From: Camelus ferus
Taxonomy: Eukaryota
Reading direction: 5' to 3'
Assembly: GCF_009834535.1 (NCBI RefSeq)
Contig: NC_045697.1
Location: 116,686,001 to 116,750,000, forward strand
Length of the DNA stretch: 64,000 nt
Below are positions 1 through 13,645 of this stretch, piece after piece. A model generated the notes under the pieces. It had not been told where the DNA came from. It saw nothing but the letters and a program-made list of their open reading frames with translations, and ran no database searches. Within the stretch, counting starts at the first letter, position 1. Every line of letters begins with the position of its first letter. The position numbers and the translations under genes were made by a program.

Positions 1-53
1 ATACCTGAAACTGTTATATGATGTTACATGTCAATCATACCTCAATTAAAAAA
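1..53 (+). mobile_element. L1 extreme 3' end (cut by window edge)
   Basis: acctgaaact...atgtcaatcatacctcaattaaaaaa, typical L1 3' terminus with A-tail. Confidence 0.6.
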
Positions 54-728
54 TACTGATTCTTCACTGTTTTAAGAATAAAACAGCAGTGAGTAGTTAG
101 ACACCAGTACACTGATATTATAAGGATAAACAAATGAAATTATACACATTTTTGATCATTGGTTTGTTTGGAAATTATTCATTCATTATTTCATCAAATT
201 TGTTTTTTCTGTCCCATTTCTGCTTCTGGGATTGCAATTACCCAAAATTAGACCTTTTGATATGTCTCTCTGTTTGAAAGTTCTCTTAGAAGTCTATCTG
301 ATTGCTAAATATCTTCAAATTAAATTACATCTGGAGATATGGGTTGATATTTAGGAGTATTTCTTTTTTTGCTTTGAGTGTTAGAAAGCTGAAAAAAAAA
401 CCCCGACAAAGTTAAGACTCAATCAGAGAAAATATGTTTTGCTTATATGATTTCTTCCCACACTTATATTTTCAGTTTCCATTTTGTTAACATAATTAAA
501 TATTACTATTTTGCAAGCCATCTGTAATTATTTTGTGAGAGCCACAGCATAATAACTATGCAGTATACAATAAATGCTTTTGAAGAAAATGAAAGAGCTT
601 ATCCCAGGAAAACTTACAGAAAACACCTCCTAAATGCCCAATGCATGAAATCTGTGAAAACTGACTCACCAAAAGAAATATAGTTAAATGCTCATCCAAT
701 GAGTATAATATGTTTTAACATTTTGACA

Positions 729-1149
729 TTTTTAAATTGAAGTACAGTCAGTTACAATGGGTCAATTTCTGATGTACAGCAAAATGTCTCAGTCATATGT
801 GTATATATATATATTCATTTTAATATTTTTTTCATTAAAGGTTGTTACAAGATATTGATTACATCATTCCCTGTGCTATACAGAAGAAATTTATTTTTAT
901 CTATTTTTATATATCGTAGTTAATATTTGCGAATCTCCAATTCCCAAATTTATTCCTTCCCACCCTCTTTCCCCTGGTAACTGTAAGATTGTTTACTATG
1001 TCTGCGAGTCTGTTTCTGCTTTGTAGATGAGTTCATTAGTGTCTTCTTTTTTCTTGTTTTAGATTCCGCATATGAGTGATATCAAATGGTATTTTTCTTT
1101 CTCTTTCTGGCTTGCTTCACTTAGAATGACAATCTCCAGGTCCATCCTC
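729..1149 (-). mobile_element. Young lineage-specific L1 3'UTR fragment
   Basis: Reverse complement of the 3'UTR seen at 2650-3045 and 18540-18950 (ttgaagtacagtcagttacaatg...ttagattccgcatatgagtgat). Confidence 0.9.
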
Positions 1150-1601
1150 ATGTGTTTTGAATTATTCCATTTACTATGTTAGATAAGAGATGATCCTGAC
1201 CTTGAAAGCATTTAAAACTGAGAGAAGTGCAAAACTATACATAAATAATAATTTTGTAATGAATTTGTGATGTAAGTCATGGTGACCTCTGCTTGTGTAG
1301 ACAGGAAGGAAAGTTCTGTGGAGCACAGGGAGTAAATGGTGAGGAGGTGGTATTTGATGTGGGTCTTAAGGAATGTGTGAGATTCTGACAGATGGGGGAA
1401 AAAGTTAACAAGTCACATGGTGAACTATATTGGAAGTCAGCAGAATCTGGGGCTTGGGAGCAGACTAACAGCATGAAGTGGGTGGTTAAGTTCACAGAGG
1501 AGAATGTGACCAGAGGAGGGAAAGAGGGCTCCATAGAGCTGAATCCCAGGAACACCCTTGCAGGGGCTGAGAAGTAGCAGAGAGTTTAAAAGCTCTAGAT
1601 C

Positions 1602-3046
1602 AAACATATGGACCAATGGAACAGAATAGAGAGCCCAGAAAAGAACCCACAAACTTTTGGTCAAATAATCTTTGACAAAGGAAGCAAGAATATACAATGG
1701 AATAAAGACAGTCTCTTCAGCAAATGGTGTTGGGAAAACTGGACAGCAGCATGTAAATCAGTGAAGCTAGAACACTCCCTTACACCATACACAAAAATAA
1801 ACTCAAAATGGATCAAAGACTTAAACATAAGACAAGATACAATAAACCTCCTAGAAGAAAATATAGGCAAAACATTGTCTCACATACATCTCAAAAATGC
1901 TCTCCTAGGGTAGTCTACCCAAGCAATAGAAATAAAAGCAAGAATAAACAAATGGGACCTAATTAAACTTACAAGCTTTTGCACAGCAAAGGAAACTGTA
2001 AGTAAAACAAAACGACAACCTACGGAATGGGAGAAAATTTTTGCAAATGAAACCAACAAAGGCTTTATCTCCAGAATATATAAGCAGCTCATATGACTTA
2101 ATAAGAAAAAAACAAACAACCCAATCCAAAAATGGGCAGAAGACCTAAACAAGCAATTCTCCAAGGAAGAAATATAAATGATCAATAGGCACATGAAAAA
2201 ATACTCAATATCACTAATTATCAGAAAAATGCAAATCAAAACTACCATGAAGTATCACTTCACACCAGTCAGAATGGCCATCATTCAAAAGTCCACAAAT
2301 GACAAATGCTGGAGGGGCTGTGGAGGAAAGGGACCCCTCCCACACTGCTGGTGAGAATGCAGTTTGGTGCAGCCACTGTGGAAAACAGTATGGAGATTCC
2401 TCAAAAGGCTAGGAATAGACTTACCATATGACCCAGGAATCCTGCTCCTGGGTATATATCCAGAAGGAACCCTACTTCAAAAAGACACCTGCACCCCAAC
2501 GTTCATAGCAGCACTATTTACAATAGCCAAGACATGGAAACAGCTTAAATGTCCATCGACAGATGACTGGATAAAGAAGAAGTGGTGTATTTATACAATG
2601 GAATACTATTCAGCCATAAAAAGACAACATAACACCATTCGCAGCAACATGGATGCTCCTGGAGAATGTCATTCTAAGTGAAGTAAGCCAGAAAGAGAAA
2701 GAAAAATACCGTATGAGATCGCTCATATATGGAATCTAAAAAAAAAACAAACCATAAATACAAAACAGAAACAGACTCATATACATAGAATACAAACTGT
2801 GGTTGCCGGGGGACGGGTGGTGGGAAGGAACTGGGATTTCAAAATGTAGAATAGATAAACAAGATTGTACTGTGTAGCACAGGGAAATATATACAGGATG
2901 TTGTGGTGGCTCACAGTGAAAGAGAATGTGACAATGAATGTATGTATGTTCATATATAACTGAAAAATTGTGCTCTACACTGGAATTTGACACAACGTTG
3001 TAAAATGACTATAACTCAATACAAAAAATGTTAAAAGAAAAATAAA
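1602..3046 (+). mobile_element. 5'-truncated young L1: degraded ORF2 C-terminus plus 3'UTR and A-tail
   Basis: ORFs [10 protein letters not shown]...KWCWENW...[16 protein letters not shown] and [13 protein letters not shown]...[18 protein letters not shown] are L1 ORF2; stops and frameshifts; imperfect TSD aaaagctctagatc (~1588-1601) / aaaagcactctagatc (~3044-3059). Confidence 0.95.
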
Positions 3047-3742
3047 AGCACTCTAGATCTACGCTAAGCCAAAAACCAAAAGGCGTCAGCTCTCACAAAC
3101 ACGTTGTTTACGGTGGGTGGCGGGGTGGTGATGCTGGTGGGGTGGGAACATTTGCAGTTGCAAGCAGGAAGACCAGGCAATTTCTCCTGGCAGCAACATC
3201 GGTGTTCCAGGTGGATTAATTGTCTTCAGCACCAGGTAGTGGTCCTCCACAGCACACATGGTCTGATGAGTTGCTGTTGGATGGTCAGTTTGGGTTGCAG
3301 CTGATTTTGTGACAGAGCAGGAGAAACAGACACAGAAATGAGAAATAAAGTGAGACACGTAGGTTGGGAGTAGAATTGGGCAGACCTCATTAATTTAAAA
3401 AAAATTTAAATTAATCGAAAACAAAACATGTGCACGGTTGATAATCAAAGAGTAGCTAACGGTTTATGATGAAAAGTTCTGTCACACTTCTTCCATTTTT
3501 CTACTTCTTCCTCCCCAGAGGAAGGTACTTCTCAACTGTTTCTTCCTGAAGTTTCAGCCTATATGATGTAGAATACACAAATCATTAATAGTTGACTTAT
3601 TAATTTTAGACAGGATTTATTGACTTTTCTGCTATCATAGATAAAAGTTAGCTCACTTACATAATTTACTCAGTTTCCTTTTAACCTCATGCCAATATAG
3701 TTATTATTTTACTTTTGCTCCTCATGATCAATTTAAATAATG

Positions 3743-4880
3743 TTTTTTACTGAAGTATAGTTGATGTACCATATTGTATGTTACAGGTGTACAATGCAGT
3801 GATTCACAACTTTTAAAGGTTACACTCCATTTATGGTAATTATAAAATATTGGCTCTATTCCCTGTGTTGTACAATATACCCTTGTAGCTTATTTTATAC
3901 TGAACAGTTTGTACCTCTTAATCCCTACCCCCATATTATCCCTTCCCGCTTTTCTCTCCTCATTGGTAGCCAATAATTTGTTCTCTATATCTGTGAGTCT
4001 GCTTCTTTTTAGTTACATTCACTACTTTGTTGTATTTTTTAGATTCCACACATAAGCAATATCAGGCAGTATTTGTCTTTCTCTGCCTGACTTATTTCAC
4101 TTAGCATAATGCCCTCCAACTCTATCCATATTGCTGCACATGGCAAAATTTCATTCTTTTCATGGCTGAGTAGTATTCCATTCATGTGGATGGACACCTA
4201 GGTTGCTTCCACATGTTCTCAATTGTAAATAATATGGCTATGAACATTGGGATATAGATGTCTTTTCAAATTAGTGTTTTTGTTTTTTTGGGATATATAC
4301 CCAGGAGTGGAATTGCTGGGTCAAATGGTAGCTCTCTTTTTAATTTTTTGAGGACCCTCCATACTGTTTTACACAGTGGTCACACCAGTTTACATTCCCA
4401 CCAACCGTGCACGAGGGTTCCCCTTTCTCCACATCCTTGCCAACATTTGTTAGTTGTGTTCTTGTTGATGATAGCCATTCTGCCAGGTGTGAGGTGGTAT
4501 CTCATTGTGGTTTTGATTTGCATTTCCTTGGCGATTAGTGATAATTTAGCATCTTTTCATGTGCCTGTTGGCCATCTGCATATCCTCTTTGGAAAAATGT
4601 CTATTCAGGTCTTCAGGCTATTTTTTAATCAGGTTCTTTGTTTTTTTATTTAATGTTGAGTTGTATGAGCTGTTTATAAATGTTAGATATTAACCCATAC
4701 CATTTGCAAATATTTCTCCCATTCAGTAGTTGTCTGTTTGTCAATGGTTTCCTTTGCTGTACAAAAGCTTTTAAGCTTAATTAGGTCCCATTTGTTTATT
4801 TTTGCTTTTATTTCCTTTTCTTTATGAGACAGATCCAAAAATATTGCTGAAATTTATCTCAAAGAGTATTCCATCTATCT
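3743..4880 (-). mobile_element. L1 3' portion (ORF2 C-terminus plus 3'UTR), antisense
   Basis: ORF 4258..4653 is the classic antisense shadow of ORF2 ([11 protein letters not shown]...[14 protein letters not shown]); T-rich tail at left end. Confidence 0.9.
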
Positions 4881-5929
4881 TTTAAATAACTAGTTAAATA
4901 ATGTATTTTTAGTTCTTGTTGCATACTATATGCAATAAATTTTGACTCCCTACATTATAATGTGACTTTCCTTCACTTTTTCTTTCTCTCTTTCACCAAA
5001 TTTCTGGCATTTCACTTTCACTTTAAATTGTTAAGGTTAATAAAATATAAATTTTATTTAGTAATCAGAAGTAATTCTTCTTTTATTTAGTGATTGATTC
5101 TGAAATTGGAAAATTAGCAAATCTATTTACTTTGTTATGACAATGTAACTACTTTTGCTCTGGCTACCATTATGCTATGATTATATTTCTTTTTTTAGGG
5201 ATCTTTCTGTTTTTTTCCTGAAGATTTTACTTATGTTTCTAATTTGTTGCATTAACTGTTTTTATTACATTCGCAAGTTCTTAATAACTTCTCAAGAACA
5301 ATATGAAGTCTGCAAATATTTTTCTGAGATAATGTCTTCCTGGAATTCTGTCTCTTCCAGCCACAAGGTTTATAGTGAGTTTATAACTACTTTATTCTTT
5401 TATAACAATTTTAAAGGGTTTTGATAAAGAGAGAAGATCAGTACTTATGGTTATGCCTCCATTTCAACCTTTGTTACTCTTTTACACTTACTGAAACAGG
5501 AAGATGCCTGCTAGGACTTAATTCTAACTTAATCTGTAAAAAAATTCAGTCTTTACAAATTATGTATAAATAAAACAGAACTCCTTTTATCATTTCCCAT
5601 CCCCTATCCCGACCTGCTCTCCTTGAAAATGCAAATATTCTGAATAGGCTAAATCTTCATTCTCAAGAAGATCCCCTGGGCCTTGTTCACATCTTGTTTT
5701 CAGATTCTTGGGGAAATCTCATCTGACCCTAGTTTCAGTAACCATCCGTTTGCCGCCAAGTTCTGGATCAGTACCTCCAGCTGAGACCTTTCTCTGGATC
5801 TCCTTTCTTTCCTGGTGGCTGTATCCTGCGTGCTCTCACAAGCATCCGAACCTCAGTGGTCCAGAGCCCCTCCGTCTCTCCTGCTCAGTCTACTCCGCCT
5901 CCTGTGGGCGCCATCCTCTAGTCCCTCCA

Positions 5930-6432
5930 GCCAGGGATCCGGGAGTCACTCACGACTCCTTTGGTTTCTTCACTCCCTCGTTTCTCACCAGCCGTCCATT
6001 GCTGTCAAATCTATCCCATAAATATTTCTCAAATTCATTCTATTTCTTAATCCCCACTGCCACCGTTTGAGCTGATGCCCTCATGTGAATTACTCCAATC
6101 ATCCCAACTAATCTCTCTGACTCTCCTTTACGTCTGCCCTGGACCCCTTCCCCTCCCTTGCTTTGACTGATTTCTGTTTATCTTTTAGACAGTTTTCTTT
6201 AGGAAGACAGGCAAGAAGCCATGTATGAGGTGAGATACTCCTGCTAAGTATTTCCCCATCACGTCTCCTGTCCGTAACGATATGTCACTTTGTAGTAGAA
6301 TTTTCCTTTGATAGCTGGTTCTATTGAAAATGGTGTGTTTCCTACTCAATATTATGTTCCTGGTGCCTGGCACACCATCTGGGACACAGAAGAGGTGAAA
6401 TACATATTTTGGGGTTTTGAATGAATAAATGA
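5930..6432 (+). mobile_element. L2 3' region, degraded
   Basis: ggagtcactcacgactcct...; ends cctggcacaccatctgggacacagaagagg...tgaatgaataaatgaa (L2-type tail). Confidence 0.65.
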
Positions 6433-7513
6433 ACGCGAGTATTCCATTGGAAGCTCTTTCTCTATTTTGATCTTTGTAGTGTCTGAATATTATATTAGGT
6501 TAATCATGTACCCAGAGTCAACTCTTGACCAACACATTTCTCAGTTGTTAAACAACCATTATCTTGAATTTTACCCACAAATGGAATTTTTTCTTTCCTT
6601 GCTTGCAAAAGCATTTCTCACTTTTGAGATTTGCTTCCTACGTTTCAGGGCTGTGAGTGTGTGTCATTTGTTGTTCTCTGGGGGCCTCCTGGTTTCTCAG
6701 GATGCTTTTGTAATAATTGAGTCATTAGATTTTTCATTAAGAGAAGTTTTCAATTAGAAATATGGTAAAGGGTTTTATCTACAAAGGCAAAGTGTAACTG
6801 AATGGAGATTAAACCCTTGGATATACACCTGACAAATCAGAATATAGTAAACTTCTGAGTGATTATCTTAACGGAGCATATTCTAAATATCTACCATGTA
6901 AATTCTAAAACTGGAGACTGCCTCAGCCATGAATTTAACACATGGAATGACAAATATGTGAGGGCATGATGGCTGTATTGTTAAAGGAACTTAATGTAGG
7001 AAGGTGATGAATGAATGATTTAGAAGTAGTAGAGATGGAACAGGGCAAAGATAAACCCTTTTTTTCCTGTTTCACTGGGTTAAAGAGGAACTGGAAAACG
7101 TGAACCTTCAACAAAGGGAGCAGCTGGGGATGTGCTGTGAAAAACCCTCATTTTCTTCCCTGTATTAGATCTCATGTTCATTAATTTATCCTTGAACTCC
7201 TCAGGCAGGTCTCTTTGAAGCTACCAGCAGCCACAAAGCAGTCGGTGTCAAGCCAGGAGCCCAAAGACATGTGTACATACTAATGTTTCCTACTTTGATA
7301 ACTTTGGCGTGCTTTCTGAATCAGTCCTTTGGATATTTCCCTCTTGTTTACTTTGATAAAACTGGATGTTTTTAGATGTCTTTTCCCTCATCTCCTTAGG
7401 TGCTTTGAACACACAGGGACATGCTGTAGGACCCAAGAGGAATATACAAGTGATTTCTAGGTGATAAATATCAGAGTGTAGTCATTAAGTTTCGAAGATG
7501 TGTTTTATAACAT

Positions 7514-7855
7514 AGATGAATAGATGGAGCACAAGGGATTTTTAGGGCAATAAAATTATTCTGTATAATATTGTAGTGGTGGCTACATGTCATTATGCAT
7601 TTGTCAAAACCCATAGAATGTACAACATCAAGAGTGAGCCCTAATGTAAACTATGGACTTTGGTTGATAATAATGTGCCCATGTTGGTTCATCGATTGTA
7701 CCAAATATGCCACACTGATGAGGGAGGCTGAGGGCAGGGGAGTATATATGTGTGGGTGGGGAGGGCTATGTGTGAACTCTCTGTATTTTCTGCTCAGTTC
7801 TGCTGTGAACCTGAAACTGCTCTTAAAAAATAAAGCCTATTGAAAAAAAAGAAAA
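7514..7855 (+). mobile_element. Ancient L1 3' end (L1MC-like)
   Basis: gtcattatgcatttgtcaaaacccatagaatgtacaaca...gtgaacctgaaactgctcttaaaaaataaag. Confidence 0.85.
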
Positions 7856-8544
7856 TTTACATGGTATACCTAGAGTTTAAAAAAATATGTTTTTATGGAC
7901 ACTATCTATAAAAGTGAACAACAGGTGACAATGAGTAAACTGCTTTTCGATAGAATACGGCAGAATATTAAGAAATAAGACACTAGGTAACAAACGTGGT
8001 TTATGTTATATGGGCATCTTGGTCTCTCTAGGAAGATATTTACAATGTGATGGGCTCACGGAAGCGTGCATGGTCATGATGCTGCCCAGAGGATCCTTTA
8101 TGTGATGTTACGGTCTCGGGGAGGTCAACTCAATCCTGCAGCATGTGCTTGTTGGACCTGGACCTGAGATGCTGGGTTCTTCTCACTGGAAAAGGCTTCC
8201 TGTTTCTCCTTCCAGTGCTTCCACTGCAATACTTATGCTCCTAGGGTCACAGAGCTAACTGACAAAAATGATCTCTTGAAGTCACACAATTGACATCAAT
8301 CCAGAGGGACTGTGAATAAAATATGTGTTAGCAGGCTACTTTCACGGCGGGCTCATCAGCCTGGGAGGTAGGTCATTTATGAGAAGGTTTTAGAGTTCAC
8401 ATCCCATCTCGCATGTTGGTACAGATAATTAACATGGTTTTCCTGCTCAAGGAAGTCATCTAAACCTGTTTTTTTCTGCTGTAGAACTGAGAAAGCTACA
8501 AAAAGTTATCCTTTAACACAGCGTATAAGGGAAAATATGCTACA

Positions 8545-9043
8545 TTCTGCTTCTCTGCAGAACCAATTAAGGAGGGGAGAGAAAGAGACAGAGAGATGTC
8601 TATGCATGAAGAGTTTTATTGTAAGGTATTGGCTCACATGATTGCAGAGGCCAAGAAGTCACATGATTTGCCATCTGCAAGGCAGCGACCCAGGAGAGCT
8701 GCTGGTGCAGTTTAAAGGCCTGAGAACCAGAGGGCCAGTGGTGTAGACTCCAGTCTGAGTTAGAAAGCTTGAGAATCAGGCGTGCCCAGGACAGGCCTCA
8801 GTCAATGTTCCAACTCAGTCCATCAGGCTGAGAGCAAATTCAACTTTCCTCTGCCTTTCTGTTCTCTTCAGGGTTGGGGATGCCTTCCCACATTGGTGAG
8901 GACCATCCCTTTCACTCATTTCACCGATTTGAATGCTAATCTCTTCTGGAAACACCTTCACAGACACACGCAGAAATAATGTTTAACCAGCGTCCTGGGC
9001 ATCCCTTCACCCAGTCGAGTCGACACACAACATTAACCATCCC
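8545..9043 (-). mobile_element. MLT2-family (ERVL) solo LTR
   Basis: ttggctcacatgattgcagaggccaagaagtc...aatgctaatctcttctggaaacaccttcacagacac...cattaaccatc. Confidence 0.85.
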
Positions 9044-9569
9044 AACTACCCAATGCACCGCGCTCCTTCTCTTTAGAACTTGACCTCAGTTCCATGTTGC
9101 TGTTCAGCCAGACACTAAGTCACGTGGCATAGTTAGCTTTTCATAGCTTTCCCAACCGAGCGTGTGGAGCCTCTTGTCCTGGAGCAGATCTATGTCTGCT
9201 TTGCACTCTCTCTCCCTTCCTAATCAGGATAATGCCACCTGCCTTACCCTGTTCCATGAATCCGGCCTATGGTCTCTTAGGCAAGGTCCTTTGGTCATTC
9301 CTAAGGAAACTACCAAATTGCTAGACCAACATTGCAGATGCTGCAGAAATATAGGTTATGTTTGCATGGTTAATTGCCTGAACATAAATTACATTTGCTC
9401 AGTTAAGAGTCTGGCCAGCAGACTGGGAGGTTGCCCCAGGAGCAGTTCAGTGGGCCCCTCCCAGGCAACCCACAAATGCCCTGGGCAGTCAGGTCCTCAG
9501 AGAACCAGAGGAGACCTTGTAAGAAACAAACAGAATGCATCTAAATATCAGGTTATTCATATTCTTCTT

Positions 9570-9780
9570 TCAGCTAACATTTGTTCAGCAGGTACCCTGT
9601 GCCAGACACCAGAACAAAGGGTTTTCCATGTAACTATAATTACAGGGACAGTATTATTTTTCAGAGAAGAAGGTTGGACTTAGAGAATTAAGCAACTTGC
9701 TCAAAGTCACAGAACTTAACTGGCACTCAGCAGTTGGGATTTGAAACTAAGTCTGGTCTGGATTTACAGTGCGTGCTGTT
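9570..9780 (-). mobile_element. MIR SINE
   Basis: agagaattaagcaacttgctcaaagtcacag...gggatttgaaactaagtctg, MIR core. Confidence 0.7.
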
Positions 9781-12700
9781 GACAAGGGAGGTGTTCTTTG
9801 TTACCACCACGTTTGAGAGATGGTGGCGATGCTGTCAGAGAGCAAATTATCTCAGCAGATTGCCCTGAGGATGGTCAGTAGCTGCCTTTAAAAACTCAGT
9901 CTCCTTCCCCAGCTTGCTCTGTGGCGTTTATTTAACTCTGTCTCATCTTCTTAGGCATGTTTCCTGTAAATGTTTCCAGTTTTAGGTCAACTGTCCTTGC
10001 TCTGTGTTTCCTTCAAAGGTTGTAACGCTAGCTTGCTCTGAGGGAGTGATTTTTGCCTTAACATCCCTGCTACATAAGAATAAAGGGACATCTGAGATTT
10101 CCTTACGTAATTACTGCATAACCTGCCCTGGCCCTCGCCCCCCAAAAGGATGTAAACCAACGTGATCCTGGTTATTATTCCCAGGGGGGTTTGAGGGTTG
10201 ATATGTTCATGTGTGTGTGCGTGCATACACTTTGGGAGAGCAAAGATAAAACATGATAAATCTTTGTTAACCTTAAGATCTCTTCATTTTCTGTAGTAAT
10301 TGCACAAGAATGACATGTGAAAGTAATTACGGAAGGTCACCCTGAGGAGTGCACCAGTTAAAATGCTTCGGGTTGATTTTATTCATTAGAAGACTGAGTA
10401 TGGGGGGAAAATTGGGTTTTTGTAAAAGTTATTTCCAAATGGAGTCAAATAAATCTATTTAAAATCACTAGGTTAGGCATCCTTCTATTTCAATGAAGTG
10501 ATTCTCTGAAAAATACACATCTCACTTTGTTGACAAAGATCTCTAATGTATTTTATTTGGCCTTTTCTACCCACTCCACTCAGTGAATTGGTTTTTACCC
10601 AAATGTTTTATACATGTTGTCTTATTTGACCATCTGTTGTCTTTGAAACACTGTTTTGCTCTGAGTTTTATTTATTTATAATTTTAAAGTAGTTTCTCAG
10701 TGAGTTTTCCATTTAATTATTTTTAGAGATATTCATGTTAATATGAGAATAAAGGCAATTTATTGCCTTTTAGAGGATCACCATGACCATACTTGGTAAA
10801 TATGCCTGATTCCTGGCTTGTGTATGTGTTTCATGTATGGCTGTCAGTCCTGGATGATGGACTGCAGTGAAGATGGGTCAGGACAAAACGACACAGTACG
10901 CAGAGAGCTTGTGGATGAGACACAGAGAGAAAGACATGAGGTTACAAGCTGGAGAAAGTGAAGTCAGTTACACAGAATATGAGAAAAGAGAGTACCATAA
11001 ATTCAGAGGATGAAACTGACATCAGGGTCAAGGGATGGTGACAAAGTCAAAGGAGTCATGGGAAATTCTGTTGGAAGAGTTGGAAGGGAAATCTGGAGGT
11101 GGTGGTATATTAGGACAAGAGTCCAGGAAATAAGATTTAACTGAACAGGAATACAGAGACTAGAAAGTCTCAGAGTCTAATAACATTTGGTGGGTCCATA
11201 CATGTGTCTTATATGAATATAACTCCTCATCTCTGGAAGCTGGGTGGCACTTCCCAGTCTAGAGAAAGGCATGGCATTGAAGTTTGGGGTAAATTTCAGA
11301 AGGGGAAAGCTAGATAATCCAGAGTATTGCCTTCTTGACTGGCATATTTTGAGGAATAATGATACAATATTGGTAATTGGTAGGACTCACTTGAGAATTA
11401 CGGCATAAAATCAATATCGCATACCAGTCTTTTTCGTGCCAGATACCAGCTAAACTGTCTATGATCAGGAGTTTCAGCTATCAATATTTGCCCATCTTTT
11501 CAATGGTAATATTGAGTTTTGTTTTTCGATAATCTTAAAATTTATCTCTGCAGTAAATAAAAAGGAAACCATGAAATTACTGTAGAAATTCCAGTTTGAG
11601 GCTAGTATTCTCATGAAAATAAGCAGTCCATTTTCCGTATACAACCCACTCCTAGTCAACACATATCACCCCTGTGTCAGAAAACTCCAGTTCTGATGGC
11701 AAGATAGGAGTTACCAACCACTTGACAAGGTCAGCAATATGATTCACGGATGCAAAACAGGCAATTTTTGGAAAGACCAGGTGCTGGTTTATGCAACTGG
11801 TCTGTTGACAGACCCAGCAGATGGCTCAGAAAGGCAGGCTTAGGAACACTCCATGTGGATCTTTCCATAAACATGAATCGTTCTTGAAAAATTCGTTCAG
11901 TTTTATTGGATGTGGAACTCTTCTTCCCATCAGGGATGAACATTTCCCTTCACCAATGTCAAAATACTAAATTTCACCATTAATTTTGGAAATCTCAAAG
12001 AGCAGAGCTTTAAAAGAGGTACAAGTGTTTACTTTTTAAAAAGAGATAGCTGAAACTCCATCAGGGGTCTTAAATGATAATTTGTATAAACCAGGATGTT
12101 TTCATGGACCAAGAGGTCATAGTGAAAACCACTGGGATTCTGTGATACTGAGATAATGCCAGCATTATAATACTAAATTAGTAAACTTGCACTTTATTTC
12201 TCCCTCTCCCAGTGATTGAATTTACTGGATAACCTTAAATGAATTGTTTAATATCTTTGTTCCTCCATTCTTCCTTTTGAAAATGTAAATTAAATTGACA
12301 CACAGTACAAAAAAGTTTATGTCTAATCCCTGGATGGTTAGGTGTTTTGTATAAACTAATGGCACTGTTTCTCTTCCAATGAATCCATAAGCCAAGATTT
12401 TATAAGAATCAGACATGAAAATGGTAAACCCTGTTTACTCCTTTTCTGAAAATGATACATGACAGATTAATGCAGTTCACTAACCATTACCTTTTTCCCC
12501 CCAATACAAAAATTTTCTTGAATTACTACAAGAATTACTACAGAATTACTACTTCTCTTTTCAAATTATTTTCATGAATCATTTGAATTTGCTCATTGTG
12601 TTTTTATTCTGAATAAATCATGTGTTTTTAAATAGGTCCTTCCCCTCAATACTTCATAAGCACATTTTGTCTTTTAGATTGAGTCTGTGGTCCTTTAGAG

Positions 12701-13169
12701 TAATGATTTGGCTCTGAGACCCCACTCTAAAATTTAAACTAAGAGTATAATAGTTCTCAAAAGCCATCTTGAATAAAATTAATGGTAAAGTATTTTATGG
12801 AATTTTCCTCAATTTACCATTAAAATACTAATTCAGGTTCTCTTGCTAATTTAAGGACAAGGAGATATCAGTAGAAAAATGAGCACACTTATTACTAAGA
12901 ATGACATCTAAGTAAAACCATTGATTGATTGGGTTATTTTATTATTCTGTAATGAGATTCTTGATTCTAATTACATATAACTTAAAAATTATTTAATCAA
13001 TTTGTTTTATGTGAAGTTGGACATCAAATTTTGCTGCTTAGTGGGAATTTAAAATTTGAGGCATAGATCTTTCCTCTGGATAGTCTGATCTAATTATTCT
13101 GGATGTGGCTTTGATCTTGGGAGTTTTAAGAGCTCACAAGGTGACTCTAATGTGCCGCCCTTGGTCTAT

Positions 13170-13645
13170 AGACAGGACATGACTGGGAATCCAAAGGCAT
13201 CACCTCCTGACACCACAGCCTACAAATTTCAGGACAAGTCAAGAGCAACTTAACTCAGATGGGGATTGAGAGTGGTGCTAATACCAAAGTGTTGGTCACT
13301 CTCTCACGTGTGAGGATGACCAAAAGGGGGAACTGTTAAATTAATTAACCTAGGAGGCCAGAGACTGATGATGCTCTAATGCCATGGTGGCTGACACGAA
13401 CAACCCCAAATCTGAGCTTATGGCTCCTCAAGGTTACAAAACTGAAACCTGAAGTCAATCAACCACAAAGAGCCACCTGCACTGTAAGCTCTAGCCCATC
13501 AGTAATTTGCATTCTGTGCTTTAACCTTTTCCCTGTAAAAGTTCTCCCCTTACTCCTCTTGGTGGGTCTTTCCGAACCAGTTTGGCCCTGCTCACTTAGA
13601 ATTGTTTTTCCTCAAATAAACTCTTAAAATAAAATGTAAAAAAAG
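13170..13645 (+). mobile_element. ERV1-like fragment: internal 3' end, polypurine tract and 3' LTR (U3-R)
   Basis: PPT aaaagggggaa (13322-13332) just before TGT (13334); AATAAA at 13615-13620 followed by an A-rich run. Confidence 0.65.

Noticed and set aside
1608..2681. Intact L1 ORF2 CDS
   Set aside because: 5'-truncated and broken by stops and frameshifts; no complete RT or EN domain.
9162..9683. 173-aa ORF
   Set aside because: Non-ATG start, runs into a MIR and has no homology I can recognise.
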